64,000 bases of DNA, taken from the NCBI GenBank assembly GCA_964016885.1, contig OZ024741.1, positions 384,710,001-384,774,000 on the forward strand, written 5' to 3'. This DNA comes from Eledone cirrhosa. Lineage: Eukaryota. A model generated the notes under the pieces. The model was not told the DNA's origin, did no database searches, and saw only the letters and a program-made list of their open reading frames with translations. Each line of letters opens with the position of its first letter. Position 1 is the first letter of the stretch. The position numbers were made by a program, and so were the translations under genes. Positions 1 through 12,259 of the stretch are shown here, piece by piece.

Positions 1-119
1 CCCCCCGTCTCATTCTATCACTTCCTTCCACCCCGATCTTCTTCCTCGTCTGTCTTTCCCCTTTCGCCTACCCCGAGGCAGCCCATCGGTCCTCTGTCGC
101 CTCAGTGATTTTAAGCCCC

Positions 120-480
120 TGTAATTTTAAGATAGAATTGGCCGATTACGCTTTACTAACTATTTATAGCAGACGTGTTAGACCCCATGTAATTTCTTTT
201 TTTTGTCACTACTCCATTTCTACAATTTCAATATTTCCCATTTAATAGTTTCTTCTCTCTACTTATTAACCTGTAATTGTAAGATAACATCGGCTGATTA
301 CGCTTTACTAACTATTTATAGCAGCTGTGTTAGACCCTTGAAAAATTTGCATTATATTTTTCACGACCCACTTCTATCCTCTCTTATTTAGTATTTTACA
401 CTCTCCACTTATTAAACTTTCTTATAGCTTTGCCGTACTAGCTACACCTACTAATTATAGCAGCTGTTTCTAGACTCTAC
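120..480. repeat. Degenerate ~150-bp tandem repeat (2-3 copies)
   Basis: gattacgctttactaactatttatagcag at ~144 and ~296 (period 152); weaker third copy (ttatagcagctgt) near 455. Confidence 0.7.
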
Positions 481-829
481 TGTATTTGTTTTTTTCATTT
501 CTCAATATTTAATTTTTTATATATATATATATTTTTATTTATTTTCATTGTCTTCGACTTACCTATTCTTTATACCCCCCCTCCTTTTCCTCAGAACATT
601 CTTTCATACACTATCCTTGGAATCTGTTGTATAGATTTCACTTTCAACGCCTGACAGGCTTTACTCACTCCTTCTTTGTTCTACCGGCAAGTTCAGCCAC
701 CCCCACCTCCCACCAAATACCATGACAGATCTACTTGTCTTTACAACAAAATTTGACCATTCCTCTTGACAACTACAATCTTCCCATATAAGGAAGTTCC
801 CCTTGATAAGTTCGACTATTTATTTACCA

Positions 830-905
830 GGCTAAAAATTCTAATTTAGTCCTGAAATAGCCGTCGAAACGGCTTGAGCTCTGCCGTCGGGGTCATACCT
901 TTTCC
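830..905 (+). mobile_element. Terminus of a (TA)n-associated repeat family, probably Penelope-like
   Basis: gtcctgaaatagccgtcgaaacggcttgagctctgccgtcggggtc matches the minus strand at 6316-6363 and more distantly 2647-2680; abuts a (TA)n tract. Confidence 0.5.
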
Positions 906-935
906 TATATATGTATATATATATATATATATATA

Positions 936-2106
936 TTAGCAGTGCATCTCGGCGTTGCACGGGTAATAAGGTAATAGCACCTCCAATGAGAAACGTTTAT
1001 TTGTGAGTGCCTGTTAAAAACTCACGAAAATATACCGACAGGGAACTTGTTTTATTTGGAGAAAATTAAGAAGTTGAAAGTACAGTTTAGCTGTCTACGT
1101 GCATTGTTTATAGAAATATTGTTGAGCTCCTTCTTTTCATACTCCTCTGTTTTGGCCTATTGGAGTAAATGTGAAAGAGAAAGTCACAGGTTAAGTTGGC
1201 AGAAGGTTCCAGTGTCGTAGCAGTAAGGCGTAAGCTACTTACCTCAAAAGTTCATTCGCACTCTTTCCACTAAGTTACTCTTTCTCTCTATCCCTCTCGG
1301 TGCAGTTCCTTGCGAATTTCTCGCGTAGGCCTGGTGTATATTTGCACCCGATCCATCTGCCCGATGCACATGTCCACTTTGTACGGCTTTTGGAGGAAGG
1401 AGTGACCAGAAGTACGTTGTTCGGTATTATTACGAAAAGGTGTAGCAGAGAGTCCCGCGTGAACTAACAGCTCTGGAGGAAACTGCTTACCTCGAAGATT
1501 CATTCGCCATCGTTCTCGTCAACGTTCCGTTTAGTTGGTATTTGTTGGTCTACAGTTAGATGAATGGCGCACAAAGGGTTAATGTTTATTGGGAAGTAAT
1601 GGCAACTGGGCTGGCCTGCTTCGCTTATATTATATATTAAAATAACAGATTAAAGTTTAAGCAAAGAATCGCTGCTTTCACCCTTAACGGGATCTTCTGA
1701 AACTAAAAAAAAACAATCTGTGAGCGCAGAAGTAAATATTTCGAAAAACGTTGCAACCGAAGGAAAACAGGAAGACGATACTTTGGTTCGTAAAGACGTT
1801 CCCTGGCAATGAACGGAAAATAGCGAACATAATACGTCATCAATGTTTGTCATAATGTCGTAATGTAGACAGCCAGACACACAGACAGATATTATAAGGG
1901 CGCGACGGAGATCGATAACCAGCGCCTAACACCCCTTTAACAACAGAAAATTGAAAAATAAAAGCTGCAGTTGATATCTTTAGACCGCAAGGAATATATA
2001 AATGCAAGTTTGAAGTCAATTAGAGTAGAAATGTGGATTTGTATAGACTTTGCAAATATGAGGGGACACACACAGACAACTACAGTTTTATATATATATG
2101 TATAGA
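936..2106 (-). mobile_element. Probable non-autonomous Helitron
   Basis: Minus strand starts TC-tatacatatatatataaaactgtagttgtctgtgtg at 2106 and ends with a degenerate GC hairpin (cccgtgcaacgccgag) followed by ...ctgctaa (CTRR-type end) at 936; sits in AT tracts with no TSD. Confidence 0.65.
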
Positions 2107-2109
2107 TAT

Positions 2110-2553
<444 letters not shown>

Positions 2554-2556
<3 letters not shown>

Positions 2557-2700
2557 CAGAACCAGTTTTAAACTAGTTAGACTATTTTTCAACAGAGTAC
2601 TCGATACTTGAGAGAGTAGAGCATGGCTTTATCATAAAGAGTCGGGGCCCGACGGCTGAGCTCTTTCCGTTTCAACAGCTGGTTCCCGACAGTTGACTCG
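2554..2700 (-). mobile_element. Diverged copy of the (TA)n-associated Penelope-like terminus
   Basis: Minus strand gaaacgg..gagctcagccgtcggg...ctctactctctcaagtatcgagtact matches the minus strand of 6228-6360 (ctctactacctcaagtattgagtact); runs into (TA)n. Confidence 0.5.
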
Positions 2701-3120
2701 CCATTTCGCCAGGGGCGTGGTTTGTCTCTATAAGAAATAAGCTGTCGATGCAATTGTAAATTGTCTTTATAGGATTTTGCAGAAGAGTTTTAAAATGAAT
2801 TGACTGTATTTTATATATACACATACATATATATACATTTTTACATATTTAGGGAGTGGCTGTGTTTGTAGGCGTGTAACTGTGCGAGTGTGTATGTATA
2901 TGTGTGAGTATGTAAGCATCGGTGTGTATCTGTATGTTTCATTACCTATGTGGGGATGGATGAGATGGAAGAATTGTTAAGAGGAAGTAGAATTATATTT
3001 ATCGAAAATTTATGGCTGTGTGTGTGTATATGTATGTCTACTAGTAAGCATGTCTTTCAACAAGAAGAACAACAAGAATAACAACAACAACAACAACAAC
3101 ACATTCATATATACCCACCC

Positions 3121-3270
3121 ATGTCATCGCTATTTAAATACACCTGGGCTTTGCAGGGAATAACCGAAACGGCAATTCCCTTTCGTCAATGATAATATAT
3201 AAACAAATAATATAAAGTTTGTTTTGTGTGCTACGAGGTAAACTATCATATTTTCTGGTAGCTTTGCAAT
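3121..3270. repeat. Dispersed repeat, copy 1
   Basis: gtcatcgct...ctgggctttgcag...aataaccgaaacggcaattccc...tgtgctacg.ggtaaa.tatcatatttt..gg.agctttgcaat is shared with 8590-8760. Confidence 0.8.
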
Positions 3271-3304
3271 ATCGTAAATGTATGGGCTCGTACTTATATA
3301 CGAA

Positions 3305-3780
3305 TATACATACGTACATACGTACGTACATACATACATACGTACATACATACGCACATACATGATGGCTGCAAAACGATTTCGAGTAATGCCATCGCTT
3401 GATACTTAAGCATGAGCATCATGGACGTGGCTTTTTAGTCCTGCTAATGCCTATGGCCAGCAATACTATGCATCGCAAAAAAAAAAAAATGTTATATATC
3501 AAGTGATGCTTGTGCTTAAAGCTTTATTAAGTGAGGAAAGGCTTTACATGGAACCAATCATACTCTCTGAACATCGAATGCATTTACCCAAGAAGAAGAA
3601 CTGGTCTACAACATTGGATGCAAACGAAGTCGCAGGTTTTATATCAAAGAGATCTTCTAGAAAGATGTCTTAATGAAAACTTTATTGGAGGGCAGTTGAT
3701 TTTCTTGAGTTCCTCCACCCTTTGACAGGTTTTGTTTTTCATCCCCTAGAGTGTTCAAAATCCCCCTCCCCACTGCTTGA
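3305..3780 (-). mobile_element. RTE-derived non-autonomous element (subfamily B) with (TATG)n tail
   Basis: Reverse complement aligns with 13226-13740 (aaaacaaaacctgtcaaaggg; gcaggactaaaaagccac = AGLKSH; gcagccatcatgtatg); (CATA)n at 3305-3363. Confidence 0.75.
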
Positions 3781-4132
3781 AATCTTTAAGCATTATCTCG
3801 GGTTGACCGAAACCCGTAAGAGAAATGGGATGAGCAGAAATTTAAACACAGTTCTTGTTCTTTGGTACTAAATGTAATCTATCTGGTTTAACACTACCTG
3901 GTTCTAGGATACCTTTAACCCATACCTCACTGTTAGGTTTACAAACTCAAGAAACTTTTTTCCATTTTTCCATTCATCTCAGCAAAATAAAAGCGGATCA
4001 TGGGCGATTACAAGTACCCTCGTTGGCTCGTCAAAGTAAGAGACTCGATAAGTCGATATAATGTACTATTGATATATGTAGTTGATGAATTGTATTGGAC
4101 TTAGTTGGCATTTTGTCTTACAATTGAGTGTT

Positions 4133-4269
<137 letters not shown>

Positions 4270-4503
4270 TTCATCTATATATTTTTTTATTGAAATAGAA
4301 AGCAGTATTGCTGATCAGTCAAAACTGTAGATCAAATACTGGGGATATTCTGATGTACAAAAACTATATCGATATTATTTCTCACTCCCTCTCCCTGTAT
4401 CTCCCCCCTCTCACACACTCTCTCCATCTCTCTGACTTTCTCTCTTTGTGTACACAACACACATTCTTTTAATCTTTTTCTGGTATCAGTCATAGATTGC
4501 AGC

Positions 4504-4506
<3 letters not shown>

Positions 4507-4534
<28 letters not shown>

Positions 4535-4560
4535 TGTATGTATGTATGTATGTATGTATG

Positions 4561-4589
<29 letters not shown>
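4507..4589. repeat. (TATG)n microsatellite
   Basis: Seen directly; immediately precedes a truncated element copy. Confidence 0.97.
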
Positions 4590-4592
<3 letters not shown>

Positions 4593-5143
4593 AACAAAAC
4601 CTGTCAAAGAGCAAAGGAGCTCTTAAGAGTCAATGGCCATCCAAAATCACCGGGAGAGATGACCCCTTAGCCTTTGTTAAGGCAGAATTCTAGGAGAAGG
4701 AAAACTCTGATATAACACCTGCAACCCTGATAGTATCCAATGATGTTGACTTGTTCTTCTTTTTGGTAAATATCATCTTGGTTAAGAGAGTGGGACTGGC
4801 TTTGTGCAGTGCCTTTGCTCACTATAAAAGCTTCACGGCACAGGCATTGCTTTATATCTGGAGATCTCTCTGCACTTGTCATCACATGGTACCATGGGCC
4901 CAGCACTATGTGTCAATAATTGTCACAAGTGTAGTGTTTGTACCAGAGTTTTCAAGTCACTGGCTGGACTAAAAAGTCACACTTGTTCAGCGCATCGGTA
5001 GGGGTTCTCCTACATGGTTATAAAGTAGTGGCCGTACTCGAAGATGAGTTGGCAGCCACCATGTATGTATGTATGTATGTATGTATGTATGTATGTATGT
5101 ATGTATGTATGTATGTATGTATGTATGTATGTATGTATGTATG
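4590..5143 (+). mobile_element. 5'-truncated RTE-derived non-autonomous element (subfamily A) plus (TATG)n tail
   Basis: Near-identical to 5290-5761; contains ggagaaggaaaactctga (RTE 5'-UTR-like motif, from recall) and a C2H2-like remnant CSVCTRVFKSLAGLKSH; tail 5061-5143. Confidence 0.85.
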
Positions 5144-5153
5144 TTATATTATG

Positions 5154-5780
5154 GTCAGGTCACCAGTTGGTGCTACTGGTAACATGTATCCCAGTACAAC
5201 CTGTCCCATGGTCGGGTCGTTGGCGACTAAACTGGCAACCCGACCAAGGTTTCTTGGTGAGGAGGGTGACTTTGGACATCCTGCAGGACTAAAAACAAAA
5301 CCTGTCAAAGGGCAAAGGTGCTCTTAAGAGTCAATGGCCATCCAAAATCACCGGGAGAGATGACCCCTTAGCCTTTGTCAAGGCAGAATTCTAGGAGAAG
5401 GAAAACTCTGATATAACACCTGCAGCCCTGATGGTATCCAATGATGTTGACTCGTTCTTCTTTTTGGTAAATATCATCTTGGTTAAGAGAGTGGGACTGG
5501 CTTTATGCAGTGCCTTTGCTCACTATAAAAGCTTCACGGCACAGGCATTGCTTTGTATCTGGAGATCTCTCTGCACTTGTCGTCACATGGTACCAAGGGC
5601 CCAGCACTATGTGTCAATAATTGTCACAAGTGTAGTGTTTGTACCAGAGTTTTCAAGTCGCTGGCTGGACTAAAAAGTCACACTTGTTCAGCGCATCGGT
5701 AGGGGTTCTCCTACATGGATATAAAGTAGTGGCCGTACTCGAAAACGAGTTGGCAGCCACCATGTATGTATGTATGTATA
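5154..5780 (+). mobile_element. Full-length (~608 bp) RTE-derived non-autonomous element (subfamily A)
   Basis: Starts gtcaggtcaccagttgg exactly as the copy at 14312; ends ggcagccacc+(atgt)n; no RT or endonuclease coding sequence. Confidence 0.85.
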
Positions 5781-5985
5781 TAACTCTATGCTGCAAAGCA
5801 TGGTGTCCAACTCTCTACCGATACTTCCCTTGGCAGTTTAAATAATACTGAAACGTTGTCATCGGATAGGACCGAAAAATCTTCAATCGTTTTCCCACTC
5901 AATGCTTTAATTAAGCCAGTATCATTAAGATACCAACCCAAAGGAAAACAGAGTGTACACTCATACATTAAATAGTGTTAAAGCG

Positions 5986-5990
<5 letters not shown>
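5781..5990 (-). repeat. Left arm of a ~205-bp local inverted duplication
   Basis: Reverse complement of 6841-7061, with few substitutions and one short deletion in the SINE-head part. Confidence 0.9.
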
Positions 5991-6538
<548 letters not shown>

Positions 6539-6810
6539 GAAAACAGGGAGAAAGACACGATTATTAGGAAGAAAAGTATATTTTTTCCCTTTTTATTTAT
6601 TTCTCTCTTTTTTTCTGGGTTAGAAAATGATTAAAACGAAATATTTTACTTTGTGTGATTTATTTATTAATTAACAATGGCCTTTATGTATTTATTTATA
6701 TATTTAATAATTGTCTATTACCGGTTTCAGCATTTTTATGCATTATCAAATGATAGTGATATGTATTGGTGTAGAATGGTGGTGTTGGACATGTTAAAGA
6801 AATGGTGCAG

Positions 6811-6840
<30 letters not shown>

Positions 6841-6845
<5 letters not shown>

Positions 6846-7002
6846 CGCTTTAACACTATTTAATGTATGAGTGTACACTCTGTTTTCCTTTGGGTTGGTA
6901 TCTTAATGATACTGGTTTAATTAAAGCATTGAGTGGGAAAACGATTGAAGATTTTTCGGTCCTATCCGATGACAACGTTTCAGTATTATTTAAACTTCCA
7001 AG
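6841..7002. repeat. (TA)n-adjacent dispersed repeat; right arm of the inverted duplication
   Basis: Reverse complement of 5826-5990; a more diverged direct copy lies at 7612-7738. Confidence 0.85.
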
Positions 7003-7210
7003 GGCGGCGGTTTGGCAGTATCGGTAGAGAGTTAGACACCATGCTTTGCAGCATAGAGTTACGGTCCTTTATAGTCTGAGTTCAAATCCCGCTGAGGTTA
7101 ACTTTGCCTTTCATCCTTGCGGGGTCGATAAATTAAAACACCAGTAACGTACTGGGGTCGATTTAATCGACTTTCCCCTCCTCCCAAATTACTGGCCTTG
7201 TGCCTATACT
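7003..7210 (+). mobile_element. tRNA-derived SINE (family 1, Nin/Deu-like central domain)
   Basis: A box tggcagtatcgg, B box gagttcaaatcc, core gcctttcatccttgcggggtcgataaa...accag, 3' ggccttgtgcct; multiple copies in the window. Confidence 0.88.
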
Positions 7211-7611
7211 AATTAATTGTTTGCTATTTTTGTCTTTGGTTTCTACTTGGAAGCCCTGGTCGAGTGCTTCATTGTTCATGTTTTCTTTGTTTAGTTTGAA
7301 AAAATGTGCCAACGTGGTCTTTGAAATAGCAGGTGCTTGCTGACCTCCTCATTAATGTCACGTGACACTGAGAGGGGAGATTACTACAGTAATGGCGGCT
7401 CCAAACGAAGACAGTAGGCTCGCACTGACCAGATCCGAAGAAGCTAATTTCCTCGTTGATTAAGCTATCCTTAACCGGTTACGTAATACTTAATAGCATT
7501 ACCTAATTTTCTTTGAATGCCAGCTCCATATGGTCTGTCGCCAGCAGATGGAGTAGTGGAAACTAATTAATTAGTCCTGGAAGAGAGAATCTAATTCTCT
7601 ACCCACAAGAA

Positions 7612-7735
7612 ATCGCTTTTCTCACTATTTAATGTATTACTGTGCATTCTGTTTTCCTATGGGTTTGTATCTTACTGATACTGTGGCTTAATTAAAGCAT
7701 TGAGTGAGTGGGAAAACGGTCGAAGATTTTTCGGT

Positions 7736-7738
<3 letters not shown>
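7612..7738. repeat. Diverged copy of the 6845-6965 repeat
   Basis: atcgct..cactatttaatgtat...ttaattaaagcattgagtg...gaagatttttcggtcctat, then (TA)n. Confidence 0.8.
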
Positions 7739-7769
<31 letters not shown>

Positions 7770-7772
<3 letters not shown>

Positions 7773-8030
7773 GTGAAAGAGTGAAGAATAACATGGTCGG
7801 CTGTACAAAAAGGCTTTTATTTCTAGTATTAACAATTGTTTCATTGATCAGGTGAGTCTAAAGGCATCTGATCACTCGAAATTGCGTCACTCGATCTTAA
7901 ATACAGTGTGTGTGTCTCTGTGTGGGAGTCTGTGTGGTGTTGTCTCCTTCATCGAGAGAAAACAGTAACCTTGTGTGTCGATAATTAGAGATCGATAAAA
8001 TAAGTACAAGGCTGAAATATGCTGGAGTCA
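7770..8030 (-). mobile_element. Possible Penelope-like terminus adjoining (TA)n
   Basis: Minus strand: stem tgatcag/ctgatca, then gaaac-aatt-gtt, aataaaa, and ~50 nt to the (TA)n tract. Confidence 0.35.
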
Positions 8031-8109
8031 ATATAATGGAGTAAAAAATTCTGAAGACGGTGTCTCAGCAAAGTCGCTGTCCAATGACTGACACCAATGA
8101 GAGTAAAAG

Positions 8110-8556
8110 AATGCATACATAACTACACACATACATCCATGCATACACACATGCACCCATGCATACATACATACACACATGTGTATAAACATACACACAT
8201 AGGTACATATATACATACATATATACATACATTCATACATACATTCATACATATATGTATAACATGTATATATATATATGTGTATATGTATCCATATGTA
8301 TAGTATATATTTATATGTATACATATATACGTATATGCATATATATATACATATATACATACATACACACACACGCACACACACAGACACAGACACACAC
8401 ACACACACACACCTATATATAGATATATATGTGTGTATACATATGTATATATATGCATACATATACACGCGCGCGCGGACACACACACATATATATGTAT
8501 ACATATGTGCGTATATGCATACACGCACACACACACACGCACACACATATATATAT
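8110..8556. repeat. Compound (CA)/(TA)/(CATA)n microsatellite
   Basis: Seen directly. Confidence 0.95.
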
Positions 8557-8587
8557 TAAATATTTCTTCTACTTTCGCAAAAATAGA

Positions 8588-8760
8588 TGTGTCATCGCTC
8601 TGCCAATACATCTGGGCTTTGCAGAAGAACATGACAATAATATTTCAATAACCGAAACGGCAATTCCCATTTGTCAATGATAATAAATAAATAAATGATA
8701 TAATAGTTTGTTCCGTGTGCTACGTGGTAAAAGTATCATATTTTCAGGCAGCTTTGCAAT
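8588..8760. repeat. Dispersed repeat, copy 2
   Basis: Homologous to 3121-3270. Confidence 0.8.
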
Positions 8761-9009
8761 GTGCTCAATAAATCGAAATAACAAAGATCTTCTCAGCGAT
8801 ATGTGGAAGTAAATTGAGGCCTAGTAGTTAGAGCAAGATTCTATTTCCAAATGTGAAAAGTACAAATTGAAATTTATAATAAAGTTTATGTATGATTATC
8901 AAAGTGCGAAACAACTAAAATAAGGATTGCCTCAGAAATTACTAGAGGGAAATCTCTAGTTGACGAGGACACAAACTTCATTGTCAGCTTCCAGCTAGCC
9001 TGAGCGTAT

Positions 9010-9187
9010 GTATCGGTAGAGGGCCGGACGCCATGCTTTGCAGCAAAGAGTTACGGCCCTTTATGGTCTGAGTTCAAATCCCGCCGAGGTTAACTTTGCC
9101 TTTCATCCTTACGGGATCGATAAAATAAAGTACCAGTAATACACTGAGATAATTGCTGGCCTTGTGCCAAAAGTAGAAACAATTATT
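9010..9187 (+). mobile_element. tRNA-derived SINE (family 1), clipped at the 5' end and internally deleted
   Basis: gtatcggtagag..ccatgctttgcagca..ctgagttcaaatcccgccgaggttaactttgcctttcatcc matches 7018-7140. Confidence 0.88.
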
Positions 9188-9587
9188 AGATACACAAAAC
9201 AACAGAAAAGGACACAGGTAACAGAAATTACTGTAGTATTTTCTGACTCAAACTTGCTTTTAACAGAGTTGAACTAAACTAAGAATGAAAACATTGCCAA
9301 AAAATACCTGGCACATGTTTTTCATTGCTAACTTTGTTCCATTTATTGATTAAAGAAGGAAGTTCAAATATTTTTTCTGTAGTTTTAATTGTCTATATTT
9401 CTGCTAATTATGTATGAATACCTCTTTTGAATAAATTTCCGAATTTTGGTAGAAAGTGCACCAAAATACTTTTACATGTTCCAATTCGTACCAAAAATAC
9501 TTTAACATGATCCAATGTGCTCACAAAATACTTTTACATGTTTCAATGTGCATCGTGAGTAAAAAAAAAAGAAGTTTGGGAATTATT

Positions 9588-9830
9588 GCTTTATGTAGTG
9601 TTGCTAGAAATAGCAACAAAATCTATCTTAAATCATATGCTACCATCTTAGAAAAAACACGTCACAATGGATCAATATATACTTTGTTTGAAAAAGATAA
9701 GACATGGTAGTCAAAACTGGAATGTATTTGGTCACAGCTTTCTAGGATCAGAACTGATCCGAGTTTAAACAACAACAGCAACAACAACAACAACAACACC
9801 AACACCACCACCACCACCAACAACAACAAC
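9588..9830 (+). mobile_element. Short interspersed repeat with (CAA)n tail (family 3)
   Basis: gctagaaatagcaacaaaatct motif shared with 9882 and 19074; ends taaacaacaac(aac)n. Confidence 0.65.
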
Positions 9831-9858
9831 AGTTGACATACGGTGTGCCAACAATGAA

Positions 9859-10852
9859 GCCTTTATATAATTGCTCGACATGCTAGAAATAGAAGACAAA
9901 TCTCATTCAAATCATAGCCTGTCGTCTTATATAAGGACATGGCATATTAGATAATCTTCTTGAGTTATCCCTTCATCAAAGGTGAAGTATTTGCTTTTTC
10001 TAAGGGTTAGAATATATGCGGCTTGCCATACCTGCATACTCATAGATTTCTCCACTAATCGGAGAAGTGCTAACCCATTGTCGAATTAATAGCCAACCAC
10101 TGGTGTTTACGACGTCGAGGTCATAATTAAACTCATGGTCTCCGCATGAACTACTGCTTGCTATGGGACAAGCAAGATTTTATCGCCGCTTACTCCACTA
10201 GATCCGACTTGTTATCCACCGTGGACTCTTTCGGCCTCCACCCGCTTTCCTGTCGCTACAGTGCCGACCGCCTTCCACGCCATGCCGCTCTCAGCGAGCT
10301 CATAAAGCATGGCTTGGATGCTGTAGGCTTCCCCTCCCTGCTCGAGCCGGTGGGGCTGGACCGAGGGGACGGCAAAAGGCCAGACGTATGACCATCTTCT
10401 CGTTCCGTGGTGGAAAACCCCTCGTCTGGGATGCCACTTGCAGCGACACATTCTCCAGCTGCAACCTGGTGCAGTCTGCGACTAACCCAGGTTCTGCTGG
10501 ACTTCGGGCTGAGGAGGGCAAACTCTCCAAGTATCGGTCGCTCTCCGACAGGTTTGCATTCGTGCCACTAGCAATGGAGACTACTGGTATCCTTGGAACT
10601 AGGGCTACCTCCCTACTTACCACCATAGGCGCTGATCTGCTAGACTATCCCATGATAGCCGTATCAAAGACACCTCGTGTAGGATGTGACTCTTTACTAC
10701 GTAGGTCAGCCTAGCCTCTATTAGATAATACATCCTAGTATATCTCTTAAAGGAACAGGAAGATCATGGCTGGAGTACTTCTGATCATGGGAGATAAACA
10801 ACAGCAACCACCACCACCACCACCACCACCACCACCACCACCACCACCACCA
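9859..10852 (+). mobile_element. Family-3 repeat interrupted by a 763-bp insertion
   Basis: 5' half 9859-9955 and 3' half 10730-10852 together align with the intact copy at 19050-19337; tattagataat is duplicated at 9945-9955 and 10719-10729. Confidence 0.65.
10200..10662 (+). pseudogene. Fragment of a non-LTR retrotransposon ORF: zinc-knuckle end plus restriction-like endonuclease, CRE-clade-like
   Basis: ORFs 10146-10391 and 10388-10714 join across a frameshift: HPLSC...RH..L...RPD/xTIF...GKPLVWDAT...AEEGKLSKY..L...FVPLAMETTG..G, the PD-(D/E)xK RLE signature. Confidence 0.85.
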
Positions 10853-10898
10853 GAAAAGTATCAACAGCCGCGACGACAACAATAGCAAGAACAATGAC

Positions 10899-10982
10899 AA
10901 TAATTATTGAACTAGCGAGCTAACTGGAGAAATAGCAGCTAATAATTATTGAACTAGCGAGCTAACTAGAGAAATAGCAGCT
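10899..10982. repeat. 42-bp tandem duplication
   Basis: aataattattgaactagcgagctaact(g/a)gagaaatagcagct twice. Confidence 0.92.
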
Positions 10983-11070
10983 AATTCTTCCTAAAATAAT
11001 TTGTGGCGGAATTGCAGTACGCTGGGTAAAATATTGTGTAGTATTTAGCTACATTTCTTTATATTTTGAA

Positions 11071-11295
11071 TGTCCTGGCACTTCTTCACCCAGTGATTAT
11101 CATCCATGCACATCACATGTCCGTACCAATGCAGTCTTCCCTTCTGCACACCACTTCGGAACTTTGGATTCTTCTTAAACCCATATTCTCCCTTAGCTCG
11201 TCCAAGCTCTGCCTTTCACTTCTCTCCAGTCTACACATATCCTCTGCAGTTACAGCCCATGTTTCACTACCATGCAGCATCACACTTCACACATT
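11071..11295 (-). pseudogene. RTE-clade LINE ORF fragment (region C-terminal to the RT core)
   Basis: Minus-strand translation SVMLHGSETWAVTAEDMCRLER...DELRENMGL...GVQKGRLHWYGHVMCMDDNHWVKKC matches RTE motifs YGSETW and RLRWFGHV.RM. Confidence 0.88.
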
Positions 11296-11319
11296 AGCCA
11301 TGAGTCGAATAACACTTTC

Positions 11320-11398
11320 CCCAAGATGCTACGCAATGGGATCGAACCTGGGACCTAATAATTGTGAACAGAACTCTTTGACTATTCAGCCATGCTGC
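11320..11398 (-). mobile_element. Degenerate tRNA-like SINE head
   Basis: Minus strand tggctgaatag (A-box-like)...ggttcgatccc (B box)...cttggg. Confidence 0.55.
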
Positions 11399-12137
11399 AT
11401 CTATCTCACCAACGTAGAACACATAAAACATCACAGCGTAACTAGCTTATATTCAGCAAATGAACAAAAGCTTGATCGATTTCTCGATTCCTCTGTAATA
11501 CTTGAACGACTTTTGTTACTTATGGCTCTTACTCAAAACTTATCACTCAATTGGTCTATTGATGAGTGAATTCTATATAGAATAAATATAAGATTATCGA
11601 ATCCCTTTTTGGCAACTTTCCTCAGATCATCTTTCGATTACATTTTCAAAAGTTAATATTTATATCACTGACTGAAGTATCAAGATAAATAGATATCGTT
11701 TAGAGATAGTGACTTGAAATATGTGTTTAATAAGACGGTAGAAGATTTATCTTCGATATTTTTGTCAGGAGATTACTATATTAATGATGTGATATCATCA
11801 ATTCCACTTAACAGTAAAATCTTTTCAGAGAAACAAGGAAACATCTCACTCACTTACTACTACAATCTCAACTACTAAAACTCTACTTACACAAATCTCA
11901 TATATACGAAATCTCATTAAAAATAAATCTGGGGATTTATTAGTGAATGATATTTACCAGAATGTCTTTCTTCTTCTTTCTTAGACCCGTAACTCCTGAC
12001 AGAATCGTTGTGACATATGGAGTTTCTTGGGCATTTTAATCCTGGCAAAGTCCATTTCCTCTCCAAGTTTCTTCCAGACAAGGATAGAGAATGCGTGAGA
12101 GGAAGTGAGAGAGAGATATAGAGGAAGAATCGACCCC

Positions 12138-12259
12138 AGTACTAGACTGATATTTTTTTTATCGACCTCAGAAGGCTGAAAGGTAAAGTTGACTTCGGCC
12201 GGAACAAATACTGCAAAGCATTCTATCTGACGTTCTAGCGACTCTGTCAATTCGCCACC
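12138..12259 (-). mobile_element. Diverged family-1 SINE
   Basis: aatcgaccccagtac...tttatcgacc..gaaaggtaaagttgacttcggc...tgcaaagcat...cgccacc is the reverse complement of the family-1 pattern. Confidence 0.78.

Noticed and set aside
845-900. Canonical hammerhead ribozyme
   Set aside because: GAAAC is present but there is no CUGANGA core; the GAAA lies in the loop of a simple hairpin.
7003-7095. Functional tRNA gene
   Set aside because: A and B boxes are present but there is no cloverleaf, and the sequence continues into a SINE body.
11066-11569. 167-aa plus-strand ORF
   Set aside because: Antisense to the RTE fragment and runs through a SINE head.
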